A stretch of DNA of 24,544 nt, filler included, from an uncultured virus (IMG/VR IMGVR_UViG_2049941000_000719) (taxonomy: Duplodnaviria > Heunggongvirae > Uroviricota > Caudoviricetes). It is 2 parts of one record of this genome, joined end to end, with 100 filler letters (N's around TTAATTAATTAA, not from the genome) between each part and the next. Parts side by side here need not be neighbours in the genome. Positions count along the whole stretch, not along the records: positions 13,035 to 24,544 come from IMGVR_UViG_2049941000_000719; 1 more part is not named here. The stretch is one strand, 5' to 3'. A program made the translations under genes and the position numbers. The notes beneath the pieces are model-generated. The model was not told where the DNA came from. It saw nothing but the letters and a program-made list of their open reading frames with translations, and ran no database searches. Position 1 is the first letter of the stretch. Each line of letters starts with the position of its first letter. Positions 19,375-24,544 of this stretch are shown here, one piece after another.

Positions 19375-19782
19375 ATGAGTAATCAATACAGTACAAATAA
19401 TCTTTTGACCGATAACAGGTCTTTGGGATATGATTGGGGAATTGCCCATGCGAGTATCATTGTTGCAAATAAAGGTCTTTTGAACTTTTATCTGATAACA
19501 CANNNNNNNNNNGGGAAAGTAATCTTCTGTGTCGAAAACGGAGAGCCTTTAAGGTTAATTAGTAAAAGCGGGGAAGATCTCACGGCAAAGTTATCCGTCA
19601 ATCAGTTTATCAATCGTTTTAAGATTAACAACACAGGAGATTACAGCATCTTTTTCAATCCGGTTACCCCGGCATCTGTCAGAAAGATGTTGCCGAACGC
19701 GGTTTATCAGANNNNNNNNNNTAAGAATTTCCCGTTCGAGGACAGCTCCAAGTTTAACAGGAAATATTCTTACAAAAGATAA
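19375..19782 (+). CDS. Hypothetical protein, family A (two internal gaps)
   Basis: AAGGAG RBS; G.DW.IA, GK.IF, SKSGEDLTAK and KMLPNAV are shared with the upstream gene. Confidence 0.7.
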   Translation: MSNQYSTNNLLTDNRSLGYDWGIAHASIIVANKGLLNFYLITXXXXGKVIFCVENGEPLRLISKSGEDLTAKLSVNQFINRFKINNTGDYSIFFNPVTPASVRKMLPNAVYQXXXXKNFPFEDSSKFNRKYSYKR

Positions 19783-19815
19783 ATTGTACGGCTGAAAAAA
19801 TTATCTCGTTTTTTA

Positions 19816-19847
19816 AGGAGATTGTATGATATAATCATACAATTCCT
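19816..19847. terminator. Hairpin ATTGTATGAT-ATA-ATCATACAAT between convergent genes
   Basis: 10-bp perfect inverted repeat (19821-19843), extendable with a bulge. Confidence 0.55.
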
Positions 19848-19863
19848 GTTTACATTTGATTTT

Positions 19864-20109
19864 TCAGAGTCTTTCCCATTCCCAATCGGGCAGTTCTCTC
19901 GGAGTGGTATTATAGAATGATATCGCGCTTCTTTTGTCCATGAAATAGAATACCATTACGATATATTGCTTTACATTTACCTGAAACCCTTCGGGAATAT
20001 CCGATAATCGCAGATATGTCCCAAATGGTATGGGTTCTCCGACAACTATCTCCTTTGTTTTTTTGTCATAATGTTTTGCAACCCTATAATAGAGGTTTCT
20101 GTCTGTCAT
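19864..20109 (-). CDS. 81-aa hypothetical protein
   Basis: GGAG RBS; clean ORF. Confidence 0.65.
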   Translation of the reverse strand: MTDRNLYYRVAKHYDKKTKEIVVGEPIPFGTYLRLSDIPEGFQVNVKQYIVMVFYFMDKRSAISFYNTTPRELPDWEWERL

Positions 20110-20136
20110 ACTCTGTCTCCGCAGTTTGTAATGTTC

Positions 20137-20769
20137 TCAGTAATCATATTTGCCATAATTCATAATGTCGGCATCCGTGAGATTGGCGCCGTTGATGACA
20201 TTCAATGCAATTTCATAGCTTTGTTCAAAATTGCCGAACATGGTACCTTTCTCTTTTTGGGTGAATGCTCTGATATCTTCTTCTTTTATTGCAGTCGGGC
20301 GTGACGGGCTGTTGTGCAGATAATCGACGGATGCGACAAACTCAAGCCAAACGGCATTTTGAGGTTTGGACGTGTCGGTAATCTGAACTCCGTCGGGAAT
20401 TTCGGATATTGCCCGATATTTTTCAAGACCGTTGGTTAACTCCTCCACTTCATCATCGAGTTTATACCACGTATAGTCCTTTTCATACTGTTTCAGGCTG
20501 TAATCCAAGTCATAGAGTGTATGTGCCAAATCCCTCGAATACGGGCTGATATACCATGAATAGTGATATCCCAAGAATACCCCGCACCTCTGCAACATAT
20601 ACTCCATATTTTGATAATACATCCTGTCAGCTTTGGTTTCGTAGTTAAAGCTGATTCCCAACTTTTTAAGAAGAAGATATATGAGAATTGATTCCGGTTT
20701 CATGGATTGATAGCTCCTGTTCCGTATCCGTTCATTTAATTTGTTTCCCAGAATGTTTTGGTCATTCAA
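20137..20769 (-). CDS. YwgA/SocA-Panacea/DarG-C-terminal-like protein (copy 2)
   Basis: DRMYYQNMEYMLQRCGVFLGYHYSWYISPYSRDL...WLEFVASVDYL. Confidence 0.65.
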   Translation of the reverse strand: MNDQNILGNKLNERIRNRSYQSMKPESILIYLLLKKLGISFNYETKADRMYYQNMEYMLQRCGVFLGYHYSWYISPYSRDLAHTLYDLDYSLKQYEKDYTWYKLDDEVEELTNGLEKYRAISEIPDGVQITDTSKPQNAVWLEFVASVDYLHNSPSRPTAIKEEDIRAFTQKEKGTMFGNFEQSYEIALNVINGANLTDADIMNYGKYDY

Positions 20770-21391
20770 TCATTATGCCTACCAACGGAACGGGTATTCC
20801 CGCTGACTGAAGAGCATTTGCCCGAATATCATATTCCGTGGTTCTTCTGAATCTGTAATTTTTGCCGGATTCAAACTTCTTATACATATAGTATTGAACG
20901 TCATCGGAGTATGTGATATCGCCGTCATTTGCAATTCTGTAATCCGTGTATGAATCGGGGTTGTCGGGGTATTCGATTTCGGGGTGATTGGCTCTTGCCA
21001 TCCGCAAAGCATCGCCGAACGTCTCACCCCATCCGCAGACATCCTGATTATACCTGAAAATCATGACATATGACCATTCGTGTGTTGCTTTCAGATGCGC
21101 TTTGTGTGCTTCAAGCTCTTTTTGGTATTGTGTTTTGGATATGTAATATATCTTGATGTGCATTCCGTCGGGTCTGCGCGCTTCTATAATCGCGTCCAGA
21201 GCCTCTTTCGGTGTGACCCCCGCTCTTTGTGCGATATGATATCCCCCGCACTCCAGAGAGCTTACATAGAACCCGCTGTACTGTGCATATTCATCCAAGA
21301 CCATTACGGTTGAGTCATTCATCCAGTGTTTCAATGCGTCCTTGGCATCGCGATCCGGTGCGATGTAGAATTCATCTGTGTTTTCGGTCAT
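20762..21391 (-). CDS. 209-aa hypothetical protein
   Basis: GGAG RBS; long ORF overlapping the next gene. Confidence 0.75.
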   Translation of the reverse strand: MTENTDEFYIAPDRDAKDALKHWMNDSTVMVLDEYAQYSGFYVSSLECGGYHIAQRAGVTPKEALDAIIEARRPDGMHIKIYYISKTQYQKELEAHKAHLKATHEWSYVMIFRYNQDVCGWGETFGDALRMARANHPEIEYPDNPDSYTDYRIANDGDITYSDDVQYYMYKKFESGKNYRFRRTTEYDIRANALQSAGIPVPLVGIMIE

Positions 21392-21424
21392 TTTCTGTCT
21401 CCTGTATTTTTGAAATAGTGTGTC

Positions 21425-21613
21425 TTACTTCGTTTCTCCGGGAAATTCTTCGGGGAACAATTCTCTCATCTTTTCCTCACGCTCTACCGCGGCTTTTATG
21501 CCGTCGGATGCGGCTTTGCTTATGTTGATACCGTATTCACGCGCTTTTGTCAGCAATTCCGTTGATACATACGCGGTGATTATCTTTTTTTCTTCGGCGG
21601 ACTTCGGTCTCAT
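21425..21613 (-). CDS. CcdA-family ribbon-helix-helix protein (regulator or antitoxin-like)
   Basis: ITAYVSTELLTKAREYGINISKAASDGIKAAV fits the CcdA-like RHH pattern. Confidence 0.7.
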   Translation of the reverse strand: MRPKSAEEKKIITAYVSTELLTKAREYGINISKAASDGIKAAVEREEKMRELFPEEFPGETK

Positions 21614-21986
21614 AGGTTATTCTCTGAATCGTTTCTGTACAGTTCTTCGGAGATCCGCGCGGTTTCGTTCATCTGTCTCAGCTCTGATACAANNNNNNNN
21701 NNATCAGGTTGTATTCCGCACGAAATCCCTCATCTTTGGTATCCAAATCAATGAGTCTGTTATATGCGTGTATCAGACAAAGGTTTGCTTTTTGGTCTTC
21801 GGGGTTGCCGAGACCTTGCAGATAATGATCTTTAATCCGATGCCTGTTTAGGTTTATGAGTGTCGTGAACTCTTTGAGTTCATCCGCAAAATCCCCTGAA
21901 TCAGGGTCGGGGATGTTTGAACAGATAGCCTCGATAAAAAGATGTGTGAGTTTTGAGAATTTTTCAAGATCCGAGTTCTCTTGCAT
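21610..21986 (-). CDS. Hypothetical helical protein (joined across the gap; ends ...RNDSENNL* with an ATGA overlap)
   Basis: The frame after the gap ends in a TGA overlapping ATG 21613. Confidence 0.6.
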
Positions 21987-21987
21987 T

Positions 21988-22173
21988 TTATTCACATCCT
22001 ATTGATTTGGGTTGATTATGTGATTTTTTCCAGAAATTATAATATTTATCATACCCCCCCGCATCATCATATATCCAATAATTCGCAAACTGTAAAATGT
22101 ACTCTTTCCAAACTTCATCGGGTATGGCTATGAGTTTATACCCGTCGATGTTAGCATATTCTGTGTAGTCTTC
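21988..22173 (-). CDS. Hypothetical protein, 5' end lost in a gap (EDYTEYANIDGYKL...SIGCE*)
   Basis: 62 open codons from the gap to TAA, directly before ATG 21986. Confidence 0.55.
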   Translation of the reverse strand, partial: EDYTEYANIDGYKLIAIPDEVWKEYILQFANYWIYDDAGGYDKYYNFWKKSHNQPKSIGCE

Positions 22174-22211
22174 NNNNNNNNNNCAATATAAACTATTCCT
22201 TTAAGGAATAC

Positions 22212-22228
22212 ATAAAAATACATTACAA
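22212..22228 (-). promoter_or_regulatory. Promoter motif TTGTAATGTATTTT (copy 4)
   Basis: Exact 14-mer on the minus strand at the head of the 22173->19864 gene run. Confidence 0.6.
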
Positions 22229-22270
22229 CTTTAGATTTTTACCCGGAAATGAGCGATAATTAAAAAGAGA

Positions 22271-22927
22271 TTAAGAGTTTGAATATTTCTTAGGAATGCC
22301 GATGAATACGGCATTCGGGTATTGTTTCATCTCCCATTCCCAATCGGNNNNNNNNNNTTCATATATCTTCTCATTATGCAATTTGTATAAATCTCTGTCT
22401 TTTTCGACCTTTTTCACTGCCTGTTCATAGGTATATCCACAGCATAGAATCTCTTCGGGGTTCAGATTATTTTTACAGGTTTTAAAATATTCATTTGCTT
22501 TGGCTTTTGTATCCTCAACTGTCTTACCATATACGCAAATTTCGTTTTGTTTATCTAACACAGCATAATGGATGTCCAAATAATCTGCATTAATTTGTTC
22601 ATTTATTTGTGTGTAATCCCTACCGTGTTCTGCACCATAATCAAATTCCATTTCGTGGAGTTCATTTGTCAGATTCCATAGCGTGTCATATATATTACAC
22701 AGCTCTTTCAGTAAATATTTGGCACGGTAATTTGATCCGAGGTGCCTGCCAGTTCTTTTAAGATCTGGGAAATAATGCTCTTTGAGATCATCCAAAACAT
22801 CGGTTATTTCATCAATACAATTTTTGATATCTTTTTCATAATCGTATTTTGTGTCATATTCTTTCAGCATATCTTTGATGATACCTGAATCTGCGCATTT
22901 TTTAATCATTTTCATTTCATAATTCAT
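22271..22927 (-). CDS. ~218-aa hypothetical charged protein
   Basis: GGAG RBS; long ORF with one internal gap. Confidence 0.7.
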   Translation of the reverse strand: MNYEMKMIKKCADSGIIKDMLKEYDTKYDYEKDIKNCIDEITDVLDDLKEHYFPDLKRTGRHLGSNYRAKYLLKELCNIYDTLWNLTNELHEMEFDYGAEHGRDYTQINEQINADYLDIHYAVLDKQNEICVYGKTVEDTKAKANEYFKTCKNNLNPEEILCCGYTYEQAVKKVEKDRDLYKLHNEKIYEXXXXDWEWEMKQYPNAVFIGIPKKYSNS

Positions 22928-23069
22928 TTTGTAACTCCTGTGCTTTGCACATATCCCTATATGATCGTTATATTATATAAAATTATNNNNNNNNNNATGA
23001 GATTTATTGATCCAAACATGTTAGTTCTCATAAATATAGGCAGAGTAATTTTTGATTTTCATAGAAACA

Positions 23070-23112
23070 AAACCCCGAAGATATTTTCATTACCTTTGTA
23101 TCTTCGGGGTTT
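23070..23112. repeat. 14-bp perfect inverted repeat AAACCCCGAAGATA-N15-TATCTTCGGGGTTT
   Basis: Read directly; intergenic, just downstream of the 23146 stop. Confidence 0.8.
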
Positions 23113-23145
23113 GTTGCTGACAGATAATATCACTTTTAATGTATT

Positions 23146-23313
23146 TTAAAAAGAAGATTTTCTATTAGGTTTTGTTTTTCGGGTCGATTCCGATTTATGC
23201 CCGATTCTTTTTACCATTTTTGCATGTGCTTTGGCTCTCTTCAAATCTTTCTTAAATTCAGGACTCAGTTCTATATGAGGTATTCTGATTTTCCGCTTTC
23301 TCTTAGCAGGCAT
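23146..23313 (-). CDS. 55-aa very basic protein (MPAKRKRKIRIPH...), not in the ORF track
   Basis: GGAGGT RBS; ATG 23313 to TAA 23146. Confidence 0.65.
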   Translation of the reverse strand: MPAKRKRKIRIPHIELSPEFKKDLKRAKAHAKMVKRIGHKSESTRKTKPNRKSSF

Positions 23314-23316
23314 CAA

Positions 23317-23439
23317 TTACCTCCTGAACTTGCTTTGATATTTTGCGAGTGTGCTGAATTTGATAGTTCTGAGTTCAGCCTTTGCCTTGAGAACTTCCGG
23401 ACTGTTCTGTGAATTTGCGTATTGGATGTAGCGTATCAT
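23317..23439 (-). CDS. 40-aa basic protein (MIRYIQYANS...SKFRR), not in the ORF track
   Basis: AGGAG RBS; fills the space between its neighbours. Confidence 0.55.
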   Translation of the reverse strand: MIRYIQYANSQNSPEVLKAKAELRTIKFSTLAKYQSKFRR

Positions 23440-23463
23440 GTTTTACTCTCCTTTGTTTTTTAG

Positions 23464-23937
23464 TTATCTGCGGCGCTTTGCCGGGTATGAGTGGATTGCC
23501 TTTTCTCGTTTTGAAACGTAATCCTGATATCTTTGCTTTTCTTTTTTATATCCGATATCCGCCCATGCCTGTTCATATTTTCTGCGGCTGTCCGCTTCTT
23601 CCGGTGTTAATAATCCGTTACGTACATACCAGTCCATCTGAGATTTACGGGCATTAATTTCTGAAAGGTATCGTTCCTCCCTTTTTCTTACCATATCCCG
23701 TGATCTTTGTAATATTTTATGTCTTATCTTACTCGGTAAAGTATTTTCATCAACGTACCAAAGAATATCCCCTTCGTTGTAAACCAATGCAAGTCTTTTG
23801 TAATCATTATGTTCTTCTCTGTTTTTGTCGCAATACATTATACCTGTCGGGAATACATATATGCCCAAGTCAATCGGTTTTTTGGATGCTTTCTTTGCGG
23901 ATGTCTTTTTTGGAGTTGTTTTACGTATTGTTGCCAT
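23464..23937 (-). CDS. 157-aa basic hypothetical protein with a Lys-rich N-terminal tail
   Basis: GGAG RBS; MATIRKTTPKKTSAKKASKKP. Confidence 0.75.
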   Translation of the reverse strand: MATIRKTTPKKTSAKKASKKPIDLGIYVFPTGIMYCDKNREEHNDYKRLALVYNEGDILWYVDENTLPSKIRHKILQRSRDMVRKREERYLSEINARKSQMDWYVRNGLLTPEEADSRRKYEQAWADIGYKKEKQRYQDYVSKREKAIHSYPAKRRR

Positions 23938-23949
23938 TTCAAATTCTCC

Positions 23950-24543
23950 TTAATTATAATATGGGCGTAACTCATACGGTAATTTTGCCGCAAAGTTAAT
24001 TGATCTTCCCTGTACAATATTCACTATAATTGAGTACTCATGTTTTGAATTAGGATTTGTAAGTATTTTAATTGCCTTCTGAGGAGATATTTTCCCACCT
24101 AAATCTTGATGATTAATATTTGATATTAATAAGTATTCATTTGGGATATGGAATGCCTTAGTCTTCATACATAAACTTACAAACTTATCATTCTCTGTAA
24201 GTATGTATATTTTTTGAGAACTTCCCCATAGTGGGATGTCTGTAATCAAACCATCCGCACCATATTTATGATATGGATACCCTAAACAAGTAGTATTCAA
24301 TAACCGTGCATTTACTTCATTATCAGGATTGGCAAACCTTAGTCCAAAAGAATAGTATATTCTGTTTTTAGGAATATCTACTACACTAAACACAGAATCT
24401 TTGACATTAGGATACATCTTTGCTCTTTCAGCAGGTGTGAAAAGTGCATCCGCATAAAGCGGCTCTCCAACCTTCCAAGAGTTATTTTTATCCCGTATAT
24501 ATGTCTGCTTATCGGCATATTCTTTTTTTACTCTATAATATTT
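23950..24543 (-). CDS. Family A protein with an extra N-terminal domain (5' partial)
   Basis: Frame open to the window edge (KYYRVKKEYADK...); the C-terminal half matches 1031..1487. Confidence 0.7.
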   Translation of the reverse strand, partial: KYYRVKKEYADKQTYIRDKNNSWKVGEPLYADALFTPAERAKMYPNVKDSVFSVVDIPKNRIYYSFGLRFANPDNEVNARLLNTTCLGYPYHKYGADGLITDIPLWGSSQKIYILTENDKFVSLCMKTKAFHIPNEYLLISNINHQDLGGKISPQKAIKILTNPNSKHEYSIIVNIVQGRSINFAAKLPYELRPYYN

Positions 24544-24544
24544 C

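Larger units (their letters stand above)
1..24544. mobile_element. Archaeal virus or provirus segment, probably spindle-shaped (fusello-/halspi-like morphogenetic module); boundaries lie outside the window or are not recognisable
   Basis: Hairpin capsid-like gene plus paralog, adhesin with C-terminal TM anchors, many small membrane and orphan genes, RHH regulator, no housekeeping genes, archaeal-type RBS (GGTGA, GGAGGT). Confidence 0.75.

Noticed and set aside
2438..21986. Programmed frameshifts or pseudogenes at frame changes
   Set aside because: Every frame change coincides with a fixed-length 10-N gap
1..24544. Borg-like element, tailed virus, integrase, tRNA or rRNA genes
   Set aside because: No perfect intergenic tandem-repeat arrays, and no terminase, portal, HK97, recombinase or RNA-gene signatures were recognised

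Overview
The whole window looks like part of an archaeal virus genome or provirus, probably a large spindle/lemon-shaped virus of a methanogen-like euryarchaeon. The host is inferred only from GGTGA/GGAGG ribosome-binding sites, TATA-like promoters and gene content. The assembly is fragmented: there are many 10-N gaps, two long N runs and an artificial TTAATTAATTAA contig linker at 12979-12990, so several ORF-track entries are fragments or chimeras. After re-joining frames across the gaps, a long minus-strand structural/late block (18770->2438) emerges. It encodes a two-helix hairpin capsid-like protein with a prepilin-like leader and a truncated paralog, many small membrane proteins, and a >1000-aa membrane-anchored adhesin in which near-identical 144-bp Kelch/Asp-box repeats split a WD40-like propeller. 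It continues with a YwgA/DarG-C-like protein and then a single ~2300-aa giant protein (9430->2438) with nucleotidyltransferase-like and ADP-ribosyltransferase-like motifs, acidic and Pro-rich repeats, and a Lys-rich tail with five NPF motifs. The flanks hold small paralogous orphan genes, a DUF1828 gene, a CcdA-like RHH gene, a second YwgA/DarG-C-like paralog and basic proteins. A 14-bp promoter-associated motif (TTGTAATGTATTTT) occurs four times. No integrase, polymerase, packaging ATPase, RNA gene or CRISPR array was recognised. All family calls come from motif recognition by eye, without database searches.
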